Shown piece by piece: positions 9,374-18,271 of a DNA stretch of 64,000 nt (the first letter of the stretch is position 1; every line of letters starts with the position of its first letter). The notes under the pieces are model-generated. The model worked only from the letters and a program-made list of their open reading frames with translations. It did no database searches and was not told the origin of the DNA. This DNA is from Candidatus Sumerlaeaceae bacterium (GTDB lineage Bacteria; Sumerlaeota; Sumerlaeia; Sumerlaeales; Sumerlaeaceae). The position numbers and the translations under genes were made by a program. The DNA lies in assembly GCA_049968255.1 (NCBI GenBank), contig JBMFRB010000004.1, forward strand, positions 228,986-292,985. The letters are read 5' to 3'.

Positions 9374-12154
9374 TTAGTAGCGTCGCCAACCCTCAACACT
9401 TGCACCTGGTCCAATCGTCACGTCTGCGGAATTTAGAGGTGTCTTGCTCGACACGTTCTGCAAATCAGTGGCGTTGTTGTCCGTGTCGGTGTAAGGGCCA
9501 ACGTTCCCCCCTGGGCGTTTTCGAGCGAACGTTACGGTTGAGCTCCCTGCACTTCCTCCGAAAGCGGTTCCTTCATGGAGATTGTTTGGGTTTGTGGCGC
9601 CACCCAGGAACGAGAATCCATCAATTCTCGATCCACTACCATTAAACACCCCTATCGAGCGGCCCGTGCTGTCACCCATGCCCCCGAACAGCCCGTTCGT
9701 ATTCGTATCTTGAAGGTCCGGCGTCTTTCCTTCGCAAGTTCCTCCATAAGCCTGTGAAGAAATGAGGAAATGTCCGTAGCCAGGCACCGTCCCGTTCAAA
9801 TTGAGCACTTTGTCAGTGGTGTCTCCACCGGCACGACTGCGGAGCTGCCAGCCACTCAGCGAGACCGGAGCACTGGATTGATTAGCCAAAACGATGAATT
9901 CCTTACCTGCGGTTCCATCGCTGCCGCGGGTTGAAACCATTACAATTTTTATCGTGCCCGAGTTCGGGTTCTGAACTGCGACTGGGGTCGTTCCCTGGGA
10001 AGCAAACGTAGGGTCTACGTCCGCACCGCCGCTAGGTGCATGAACAATGCCGTTTGCGGTCAGGGTAATTTGGAAGTTTGTGGCGTCCGGAGCGCTTGCC
10101 GCAAGATCGGCAGCAACAACAAAGCGACTTGTGGTCGGTGTAATTCGCCAACTGCCCGCGCCAAAGTAAAAGCCGCCACCACTGATGGTCGTTGAGTCAA
10201 TGAGCGTGTCGCCCGGCGTGACCGACTGGCTATTGTCAGCGTCATAATAGAGCTTCACTGCGGAAATCCCGCTGTCAGGACACGTGCCAGATTTTGTGAA
10301 GCTCATCGTGTTCACGTCCCATTCGTTGGAGTTCGCTGTGAGGGCGACACTGAGCAATGCAACATTTGTGGCGCCGGCTAAAACCGTCGAAGGAGCCACG
10401 TTGCCGACTGCAACAGAAAGTGTATCTCCGTCGGACACCCCGCCTGTCACGGTGGCGCTGTTGCTGGCGAACGTCGAAAACGTCGGATTGATGTCACTCC
10501 CACCGGTGGAAGAGCTGACAAGGCCATTTGAGTTCACAGCGAGGGCAATAGTCCGGCCATTGACAAGTGTGCCACTGAAGGTGGCCACGAGAAGCAAATC
10601 AACCTGAGTGTTTGTAATCCGCAACGGCGATGACAGGGAAAGTGTGGCGCTGCTGCCAGAAAATGTCGCCGACGCCAGAAGCACATCGCCATTGTCCACG
10701 ATCGCGTTCGCATTGGCATCGTGGTATAGCTCGGTTGAGATCACGCTGCTGTCGGCCAGCGTCCCACTCTTGCTCACGGAGACGCTTCCGAGATCCCACT
10801 CGTTAGAAGCGGCAGCACACCGTATTCGGATGAACGGGACATCGGTCAGGCCCGGCGTGATAGTCGTCGGCGCAAGATCCGCGAAGGTCACATTCAACGG
10901 GTCACCATTTGACACCCCTCCCGTCACAGTTGCCGCGTTGCTAGCAAAGGCACTGAAGCTAGGATCGAGATCGTTTCCTCCCGACGTGGCGTGAATGATC
11001 GAATTCGCGTCGATCTGCAGCCGCAATGCCTGGCCACTTGGCGCAGAACTTGACACTGTGGCAACAACGAGAAACGCTGCCGGTGTTGTAGTAACCCGCG
11101 ACGGCAAGCTGCATGTCAAAGTTGCTGTTGCGCCGCTGAAAGTCTGTGTCGCTACGAGCGTGTCCGCACTTGTGACAGTTCCACTTTGATCAACGTCACG
11201 GTAAAGGCGGACTTGCGTGATATTTGACGAGGCCAGAGTGCCAATGTTGCGCACTGTCACTGCAGACAAGTCCCATTCATGGGCCGATGCCGTCAGCGTA
11301 AACGAAATCACCGGATAATTTACGGCTCCAGCACTCACCGTTGCCATGGCCCTGTTTGTAAAACTCACACTGACAGAGTCACCGTTGCTTACCGGAGACC
11401 AAATGAGATTGGCAAACTCTGGCCGGTCGATGAAGGGGTTTCGATTGTGCTGATAGGTTTGGTAGATTTTATCGTTGCGGGTGCGCTCGGCATCGTCCGG
11501 CGGATCCTGAGCGTGCCACTGGAGCAAGGTCGAAAGGACTCCCATTTGACCATAGTTTGGGGAAACAGTGTCGAGCAATAGGAGATCAGACTCGCCCCCC
11601 GTTCCGTCGTACCGCACGTCCATGTAGAAAAGCGCGCGGGCCACGTCGCCCTTCTGCGCATCGCGCGGTTCGAACTTGGTAGAAGTCCAGTAATTCCCGT
11701 AGCCGGAGCCCGTGTAGGACGGGTAAACATTGTCGAACACACTGTTGCCCCGGCTGCTATTGAGCGACGCGTCTTCGGCAAACAGGTGATGAAGATCGCT
11801 CTTTTTGGGCGAAACGTCGGCACCAAGCGATTGCGGCCACAAATGCTCACGGTTCCATGTAGAGCCAAATGATGATTTCGGTACCGACGTTCCCTTGTAA
11901 TGCAACAGAACATTGTTCGAGTTGTTCGGATCCTCGTCGAGATCCTTGAGAGCCCCTTCGGTCGCTGTGTAAGAAATCACCGTGTGGTTCTTGATAATGT
12001 TATGGAGGGCATTCTTGAGTGCTGTGCCCGACAATCCTTCCGCACTGTCATAATATCCCGGAGGTGGGCCTGCAATAGCGGCTAAGGCGAAAAAAACTGC
12101 GACTGAACATGCACCTCTGCGGGAATACGAGTGAAGTGATATTCGCGAGCTCAT
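9374..12154 (-). CDS. Secreted endonuclease I family nuclease with 3 tandem 159-aa repeats and lamin-tail-like domain (paralog 1)
   Basis: Signal-like N-terminus (ALAAIA-GPPPGYY); WNREHLWPQS, DLHH, NSSRGN, KGDVARALFYMDVRY and QHNRNPFID motifs; LTD-like EFIVLAN...SLSGWQL; start moved to the ATG at 12154. Confidence 0.9.
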   Translation of the reverse strand: MSSRISLHSYSRRGACSVAVFFALAAIAGPPPGYYDSAEGLSGTALKNALHNIIKNHTVISYTATEGALKDLDEDPNNSNNVLLHYKGTSVPKSSFGSTWNREHLWPQSLGADVSPKKSDLHHLFAEDASLNSSRGNSVFDNVYPSYTGSGYGNYWTSTKFEPRDAQKGDVARALFYMDVRYDGTGGESDLLLLDTVSPNYGQMGVLSTLLQWHAQDPPDDAERTRNDKIYQTYQHNRNPFIDRPEFANLIWSPVSNGDSVSVSFTNRAMATVSAGAVNYPVISFTLTASAHEWDLSAVTVRNIGTLASSNITQVRLYRDVDQSGTVTSADTLVATQTFSGATATLTCSLPSRVTTTPAAFLVVATVSSSAPSGQALRLQIDANSIIHATSGGNDLDPSFSAFASNAATVTGGVSNGDPLNVTFADLAPTTITPGLTDVPFIRIRCAAASNEWDLGSVSVSKSGTLADSSVISTELYHDANANAIVDNGDVLLASATFSGSSATLSLSSPLRITNTQVDLLLVATFSGTLVNGRTIALAVNSNGLVSSSTGGSDINPTFSTFASNSATVTGGVSDGDTLSVAVGNVAPSTVLAGATNVALLSVALTANSNEWDVNTMSFTKSGTCPDSGISAVKLYYDADNSQSVTPGDTLIDSTTISGGGFYFGAGSWRITPTTSRFVVAADLAASAPDATNFQITLTANGIVHAPSGGADVDPTFASQGTTPVAVQNPNSGTIKIVMVSTRGSDGTAGKEFIVLANQSSAPVSLSGWQLRSRAGGDTTDKVLNLNGTVPGYGHFLISSQAYGGTCEGKTPDLQDTNTNGLFGGMGDSTGRSIGVFNGSGSRIDGFSFLGGATNPNNLHEGTAFGGSAGSSTVTFARKRPGGNVGPYTDTDNNATDLQNVSSKTPLNSADVTIGPGASVEGWRRY
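9960..11390 (-). repeat. Three intragenic ~477-bp (159-aa) tandem repeats
   Basis: Units start GDSVSV, GDPLNV and GDTLSV about 477 nt apart; each has an (H/N)EWD, LY.D.(D/N)....V..(G/A)D and (S/T)GG.D..P.F motif; boundaries approximate. Confidence 0.85.
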
Positions 12155-12218
12155 GGGATTCCCTTTCCTGAACTTGAAAAAGATACCTACACCACGCAGA
12201 GACAAAACGGTTTGCAAC

Positions 12219-12254
12219 AAAAAAAAAGCGGCTAGCGTAGCCTCGGCCAGCCGC
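12219..12254 (-). terminator. Intrinsic terminator between the two nuclease paralogs
   Basis: Minus strand reads GCGGCTGGC-loop-GCTAGCCGC followed by T9. Confidence 0.85.
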
Positions 12255-12280
12255 CGCGGTTTCGCTGATGCCTTCCTGTG

Positions 12281-15076
12281 TCACTCTACGGAGAAAGCGG
12301 AAAGGACTGTTGGCAAATTCATAGCCGAAGACTTTGGTGTTTTGCTTGCCACCACCAGGAGATCCGTAGAATTATTGTCTGTGTCGAAGTAATATAGCGT
12401 CCCCGGCACGGTCTTTCTAGCATACGAGTTTATAGCACTACCGCTATTCCCCGAGAAAGCTGTACCATCCCGGTAATAATTCACGTCATTTGTCGCACCG
12501 CCAGCAAACGAAAATCCATCGATTTTGTTCGCTGACGCCGCTGTCCCGTCGTAAAGAGCAATCGAACGTCCTGTAGTGTCGGCCATTCCGCCAAATAAAC
12601 CGTTCGTGTTTGTGTCCGAAAAGTCAGGCGTAAGCCCCTCGCAAGAACTTCCGTACGGGTTCGATGCGATAAGGAAAAATGATTTTGCGGGAATGGTTCC
12701 TGTCAACGTGATAGGAGAGCCATCGCTTGTTGAACTACCTGCCCGAGTCCTGAGTTGCCAATTGTTGAGCGATACCGGAGAGGCCTCGTGGTTAGCTAGC
12801 ACGATAAACTCCTGAGATGCAGTTCCAGCGCTGCTCCGTGTCGATACCATCACAATCTTCACCTTGGGTAAAGTTGGATTGATGACGGCTACAAGGTTAC
12901 TCGCTTGGTCAGCGAATGTGGGATTTGTATCGGTGCCTCCCGAAGGGGAATAAACGATTCCGTTGGCATTGACCTTGATTCCAACCATGCGTCCGCTTGG
13001 CGACGATGCGGCGAGGTCAGCGGCAATGATAAGCCTCACCGGTGCGGGCGTCACACGCACAGCGCCCCCTACCTGAAATGTAGCTGCGCCACTGCTAAGC
13101 GTGCGGAAATCAATCAGGGCTTCCTCACTGTCAATCTGGTCATTTCCGTTTTCATCCACATAAAGTTTCACCGCTGCAACGGCCGAATCATCCGCATTTC
13201 CCAACTTCGACACCGCGATCGTTCCGACATCCCACTCGTTCGCACTGGCTGTGAGCGTGAGTTTCAGGAGTGGAACATTTGTCGCACCAAGCGTTGCTGT
13301 CGTGGGTGCAAGGTTTGTGCTTGATACGCTTAGCGTGTCACCATCGTGAACTCCTCCGGTGACGGTGGCAAGCGCGGTTGAAAAATTCGAGACAGAAGGA
13401 TTGAAATCGTTGCCACCGGTCGGTGAGCTCGTGAAGCTGTTTCCAAGCACCTGAATGCCAATGGTCTGACCGTTGGAAAGTAAACTCGCGGTGTCCAACG
13501 TCACCAAAAACTGGGCGCCTACCGTTGTCACCCGCTGTGGCTGAGTCAAAGAAAAGGTTGCCTGCCCACCGGCGAAGGCACGTGTATCCAACAATGTGTC
13601 GCCGGCGTCGGCCACACCGTCCTGATCATTATCGAGATAGAGCCTTACAGCCGTGATTTGATTATCAGGCACGGTTCCTGTTTTGGCCACGCTGAAACCA
13701 GCAAGGTCCCATTCGTTCGAATTCGCGGTCAGATTCACTGAGACAAACGCTACGTTTGAAGCACTTGGCACAATCGTTGCAGGCGCTCTGTCGGTAAAGC
13801 TGATATTTACTGTATCGCCGTCGCTCACACCGCCGCTCACTACAGCCGCAGTGCTACTGAACGCGGTGAAAGAAGGATCCACATCGTTTCCCCCGGTGCT
13901 CGCGTGCATTAGGCTGTTGGCGTTCACTTGGATCTGCAAGGTCTGGCCTGACGGCGCGGTTGTCGCGATGTCGGCTGTGATGAGGAAGTGGACGGTCTGA
14001 GTCGTGACGCGTGAAGGATAGGCACAGTTTAGGGTTGCATTTGCCGAACTGAACGTTGAAGTGGCTAACAAAATATCGCCAGGCGATACGCTCCCACTAT
14101 TATCCATATCGCGGAAAAGTCGAACGGCCTGGATGAAGTTGTCGGCCAATGTCCCAACATTGGACACACCCACCGACTGAATGTCCCACTCACCCGTGTT
14201 TGCCGTCAGTTCTAAAGACAGCAGAGAATAATTCGTGGCGCCAGCAGCCACCGTTGCAGCTGCGCGGTTTGTGTAACTCAAAGACACTGTGTCATTGTCG
14301 GTCACCGGCCCCCAGATCAAATAAACAAACTCTGGATGATCTACAAAAGGGTTTCGGTTGTGCTGAAACAACGCGTAAATCTGGTCGTTGCGTTGCTGCT
14401 CGCGTGCATCTGGAAGATCAAACCAGTGCCATTGCAGAAGCGTTGGGAGGACCCCCATTTCGTCATAGGCCGGCGCTGTTGTATTCTTAAGGACAAGGTC
14501 CGGTTCCCCGCCAGTTCCATCGTATCGCACGTCCATATACAGGAGTGCCCGTGCAACGTCGCCCTTTTGCGGATCCCGCACCTCGAAGCGTGTACCGGTC
14601 CAATAATTGCCGTAGGCCGAATTTGTCTGGTTCGGGTAAACGTTATCAAACACGCTGTTGCCGCGGCTGCTGTTGAGCACAGCATCCTCCGAAAAAATAT
14701 GGTGGAGATCTGTGTTCGGAGGAAGAACATCAGCGCCGAGGGACTGTGGCCAGAGATGCTCGCGGTTCCATGTTGTGCCAAAATTCGCCTTTGGCTCTGA
14801 GGTTCCCTTGTAATGCAGCAAGACGTTATTGGTGTTATTCGGGTCCTCATCCAGGAGTTTGAGGGCTGCCCGCGTGTCCGTCGTGCTGCTGCTCGTGTAA
14901 GGCAGCACCGTGTGGTTCTTGATGATGTTGTGCAATGCTTGGCGCAAAGCATTGCCAGACAGCCCCATGGCGGAGTCATAGTAGCCTGGTGGCGGCGCCG
15001 CCAACACATTGGCAACAAGGGCCCCGCAAATGATGCCCCAGAGGAGGCGTGGCAGGCGTGGGTTTTGCGTTGTCAT
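12281..15076 (-). CDS. Secreted endonuclease I family nuclease with 3 tandem 159-aa repeats and lamin-tail-like domain (paralog 2)
   Basis: Signal peptide ending VLA-APPPGYY; WNREHLWPQS, DLHH, KGDVARALLYMDVRY and QHNRNPFVDHPE motifs; colinear with paralog 1; ATG at 15076 preceded by AGGGAAG. Confidence 0.9.
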   Translation of the reverse strand: MTTQNPRLPRLLWGIICGALVANVLAAPPPGYYDSAMGLSGNALRQALHNIIKNHTVLPYTSSSTTDTRAALKLLDEDPNNTNNVLLHYKGTSEPKANFGTTWNREHLWPQSLGADVLPPNTDLHHIFSEDAVLNSSRGNSVFDNVYPNQTNSAYGNYWTGTRFEVRDPQKGDVARALLYMDVRYDGTGGEPDLVLKNTTAPAYDEMGVLPTLLQWHWFDLPDAREQQRNDQIYALFQHNRNPFVDHPEFVYLIWGPVTDNDTVSLSYTNRAAATVAAGATNYSLLSLELTANTGEWDIQSVGVSNVGTLADNFIQAVRLFRDMDNSGSVSPGDILLATSTFSSANATLNCAYPSRVTTQTVHFLITADIATTAPSGQTLQIQVNANSLMHASTGGNDVDPSFTAFSSTAAVVSGGVSDGDTVNISFTDRAPATIVPSASNVAFVSVNLTANSNEWDLAGFSVAKTGTVPDNQITAVRLYLDNDQDGVADAGDTLLDTRAFAGGQATFSLTQPQRVTTVGAQFLVTLDTASLLSNGQTIGIQVLGNSFTSSPTGGNDFNPSVSNFSTALATVTGGVHDGDTLSVSSTNLAPTTATLGATNVPLLKLTLTASANEWDVGTIAVSKLGNADDSAVAAVKLYVDENGNDQIDSEEALIDFRTLSSGAATFQVGGAVRVTPAPVRLIIAADLAASSPSGRMVGIKVNANGIVYSPSGGTDTNPTFADQASNLVAVINPTLPKVKIVMVSTRSSAGTASQEFIVLANHEASPVSLNNWQLRTRAGSSTSDGSPITLTGTIPAKSFFLIASNPYGSSCEGLTPDFSDTNTNGLFGGMADTTGRSIALYDGTAASANKIDGFSFAGGATNDVNYYRDGTAFSGNSGSAINSYARKTVPGTLYYFDTDNNSTDLLVVASKTPKSSAMNLPTVLSAFSVE
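12870..14300 (-). repeat. Three intragenic ~477-bp (159-aa) tandem repeats
   Basis: Units start DNDTVS, DGDTVN and DGDTLS 477 nt apart, with conserved EWD and DxDxxG-like loops; boundaries approximate. Confidence 0.85.
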
Positions 15077-15168
15077 CTCGGTCACTTCCCTTTGCGAGGA
15101 TTGAACCACTAAAACAGATCAGAATAGCGACAGCCTTATTCCCAATTCAATAGGATTTGTCGCCGCGT

Positions 15169-16347
15169 TCAAATCTGCGCCAGGGCTTGAGCCAGATCAT
15201 CGATGAGATCTTGCGAATCCTCAATTCCCACCGATAGGCGAACCAGCTCGTCCAAAATTCCCAAGCGTTTGCGTTCTTCGGGCGGATAATCGTAATAGGA
15301 AATGGTCATAGGATGAGTGACAAGCGCCTCGACACCACCAAAAGAGGGACCGATCTTGAAAAGTCTCAGCGCAGATAAGAACTTCAATGTCCGCTCCAGG
15401 TTCGCATTGAGTTCAAACGTGACCACTCCGCCGCAACCGCGCATGTACTTCAGCGCGAGCCTGTGGTCGTGGTGCGACGGAAGCCCAGGATAATAGACCT
15501 TGCGGACGCGTGGATGGCGCTCGAGAAATTGCGCCACCAGAAAACCGTTTGTGTTGTGCCGCTCCATGCGTATGGCCAGTGTCTTCAAACCGCGCAGGAG
15601 CAGGTAACTCGTCACAGGATCCATGACCCCGCCAGTCGTGTTACGGTAGTCGCGGATAAGCTCGATGAGATCCTTGCGACCCAACGCTGCGCCGCCGAGC
15701 AAGTCGTTGTGCCCGCCCAGGTATTTGGTCGCGCTATGCACAACGAGATCTGCTCCTTGCGCGAGCGGTTGCTGGTTCACAGGTGTTGCAAACGTCGCAT
15801 CTACCACAAGAAGGAAACCATAGCGCTCCTTGAGCTCGCGTAGGGTGTCCATGTCCGCAATGTTGAGGTAAGGATTCGTCGGCGACTCACTAAGCACGAG
15901 TTTGGTTTCGGGGTGCTCACGCAGGACCTGTTCCATTTCATTGTAGTCGCCCATTTTCACCACACTTGTGCGAATGCCGAAGCGCGGAAGCACCTTTTCA
16001 CAAAACATCAACGTCTTCTTGTAGACGTCATCAGTAAGGATGAGGCGATCACCTTCGTGCAGGAGACCAAGAAGCGTGCAGCTCACCGCCGTCATTCCAG
16101 AATCGAAAACTTCCGCGTCTTCCGCCCCTTCGAGCTCACGAAGTTTTTTGATCACCACAGCGGTGGTGGGATTACCGTATCGACCGTACTCAAAACGGTC
16201 AACTTTGCCAGTGACGTAATCCAGAACCTCTTCCATTGTGGCAAATGTATACGAGGAGGTGAGGACGATAGGCGTCGTGATAGAATCCATGTACTGACGT
16301 TCGGGCTCACCTGCATGAACCGCTCGTGTCGAAATCCCCAGAGTCAT
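15169..16347 (-). CDS. PLP-dependent transsulfuration enzyme (cystathionine gamma-synthase/lyase family)
   Basis: YGRYGNPT, ESPTNP, DATFATP and the PLP-lysine motif HSATKYLGGH, RLSVGIE; start moved to the ATG at 16347. Confidence 0.92.
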   Translation of the reverse strand: MTLGISTRAVHAGEPERQYMDSITTPIVLTSSYTFATMEEVLDYVTGKVDRFEYGRYGNPTTAVVIKKLRELEGAEDAEVFDSGMTAVSCTLLGLLHEGDRLILTDDVYKKTLMFCEKVLPRFGIRTSVVKMGDYNEMEQVLREHPETKLVLSESPTNPYLNIADMDTLRELKERYGFLLVVDATFATPVNQQPLAQGADLVVHSATKYLGGHNDLLGGAALGRKDLIELIRDYRNTTGGVMDPVTSYLLLRGLKTLAIRMERHNTNGFLVAQFLERHPRVRKVYYPGLPSHHDHRLALKYMRGCGGVVTFELNANLERTLKFLSALRLFKIGPSFGGVEALVTHPMTISYYDYPPEERKRLGILDELVRLSVGIEDSQDLIDDLAQALAQI

Positions 16348-16595
16348 TGAATAAATCTCCAGTTTATTAGTCGAGATTTTCCGCAACCACTCCTAAAATC
16401 GCAGGTGCACTAGATTCAGCCTCGTTCTTCTCTCCATAAAAACCACTTGCACACTGCGGCTCCATTCAGCGAGGAATTAGGGCGAGAAATGCAAGACAGA
16501 TCGGCGAGGCCCACGGACTCTCACCGCGAGGCTTCGCCGAATGAGCGATTTTGGAACGTTTTATTTCAATCTATTCTGTTCGAGGAAAGTGCCAC

Positions 16596-18203
16596 GTGCC
16601 TACTAAGCAAAATCCCATAGGGTACCTCTGTCTGGTTCTCCACGCCCATCTGCCCTTTGTGCGACATCCGGAGTTTGAAGATCCGCTCGAGGAGGACTGG
16701 CTCCACGAGGCCATCACAGAAACCTATCTGCCCTTGCTCAGCTACATGGAAGATTTCCTTCGCGATGGCATAGATTTTCGCCTCACGATGAGCATCACGC
16801 CCCCCCTTGCGGCCATGCTGGGCGACAAACTCCTTCAAGATCGCTATATTCGGCATCTAGAAAAGCTCATCGAACTGGCTGAAAAAGAAACTATACGCAC
16901 GCGATTCCAACCTGAGTTCAACGCTCTCGCCCACATGTATTTGCGTAAATTTCGCCATTGCTACAGCATGTTTGCTGAAAAGTACCGAGGGAACATTCTC
17001 GAAGGCTTCCGCCAGGTGCAGGAAACGGGTAAGCTGGAAATTATCACATGTGGCGCAACACATGGCTTCCTCCCGCTTCTCAATGTCAACGATGCCGCCG
17101 TGCGCGCCCAAGTGACTGTCGGCCGACAGGCCTACGAGCATACCTTTGGGCGCTCGCCGCGTGGAATCTGGAACGGAGAATGTGGGTACTATCCAGGCCT
17201 CGATGAGCATTTGGCAGCCAACGGAATCCGCTTCTTCTTTGTGGACGCTCACGGCATTCTCCACGCAAGCAAGCGCCCACGCTATGGCGTCTATGCGCCG
17301 CTTTATTGCCCCAGTGGCGTTGCGGCTTTCGGTCGCGATCCTGAATCGTCTAAATCCGTCTGGAGTGCCGAAGAAGGCTATCCCGGCGATTACAACTATC
17401 GCGAGTTCTATCGCGACATCGGTTTCGATCTCGACTACGAGTACATCCGCCCCTACATCCATGAGAGTGGGCTACGTATCAATACGGGGATAAAGTACTA
17501 CCGCATCACAGGCAAAACTGCCCACAAAGAGCCTTACAACTACGAGCGCGCACTTGAGGTCGCGGCGACTCACGCGGGCAACTTTATGTTCAACCGTCAG
17601 AAGCAGGCCGAGTACCTTCGTAGCCTCATGGATCGGCCGGCTATTATTGTGTCACCCTACGACGCAGAACTTTTTGGACATTGGTGGTACGAAGGGCCAG
17701 ATTTTCTCAATTTCCTCACTCGCAAAATGCATTTCGATCAAGACATGCTGGCCATGATCACACCGAGCGAGTACCTCGAACTTTACCCCAAAAATCAGGT
17801 AGCTGTGCCTTCGCTCTCGAGCTGGGGACACAAAGGCTATTGCGAGGTCTGGCTAGAGGGCAGCAACGATTGGATCTATCGACATCTCCATAAAGCGGCG
17901 GACCGCATGGTGGAGCTCGCTAACCAATATCGACACACCTCTGATCGTCTCATTGAGCGAACACTCAACCAAGCCGCACGGGAACTGTTGCTGGCGCAAT
18001 CGAGCGATTGGGCGTTCATCATGAAAACGCGGACAATGGTCGAATATGCGGTGAGACGCACCAAGCAGCACATTTTGGCTTTCACGGACCTCTATGAAAT
18101 GGTCAAGCGGGGTCAGATTGACGAGGGCTATCTCAGTGACCTCGAATACCGGAACAATATATTCCCCTTCCTCGACTTCCGAGTCTACGCGACGGAGAAG
18201 TGA
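16596..18203 (+). CDS. GH57 1,4-alpha-glucan branching enzyme (DUF1957-containing)
   Basis: LVLHAHLPFVRHP, ATHGFLP, W.GECGY, PYDAELFGHWWYEG and LLAQSSDWAF motifs; GTG start at 16596 after GAGGA. Confidence 0.93.
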   Translation: MPTKQNPIGYLCLVLHAHLPFVRHPEFEDPLEEDWLHEAITETYLPLLSYMEDFLRDGIDFRLTMSITPPLAAMLGDKLLQDRYIRHLEKLIELAEKETIRTRFQPEFNALAHMYLRKFRHCYSMFAEKYRGNILEGFRQVQETGKLEIITCGATHGFLPLLNVNDAAVRAQVTVGRQAYEHTFGRSPRGIWNGECGYYPGLDEHLAANGIRFFFVDAHGILHASKRPRYGVYAPLYCPSGVAAFGRDPESSKSVWSAEEGYPGDYNYREFYRDIGFDLDYEYIRPYIHESGLRINTGIKYYRITGKTAHKEPYNYERALEVAATHAGNFMFNRQKQAEYLRSLMDRPAIIVSPYDAELFGHWWYEGPDFLNFLTRKMHFDQDMLAMITPSEYLELYPKNQVAVPSLSSWGHKGYCEVWLEGSNDWIYRHLHKAADRMVELANQYRHTSDRLIERTLNQAARELLLAQSSDWAFIMKTRTMVEYAVRRTKQHILAFTDLYEMVKRGQIDEGYLSDLEYRNNIFPFLDFRVYATEK

Positions 18204-18271
18204 TTCCCCCGCAGGATTTCGGGATTTCGCTCATGCGTGGCCAGTCTGGAACTCGTGTCCTAGACTGGCCA

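Noticed and set aside
14341-15018. 225-aa alternative-frame ORF in nuclease paralog 2, with a similar one at 11389-11913
   Set aside because: Same-strand off-frame ORFs rich in Arg/Thr/Cys; explained by codon bias and paralogy, with no RBS
16348-16595. SAM riboswitch or T-box upstream of the transsulfuration gene
   Set aside because: No SAM-I core or T-box consensus recognised on the minus strand
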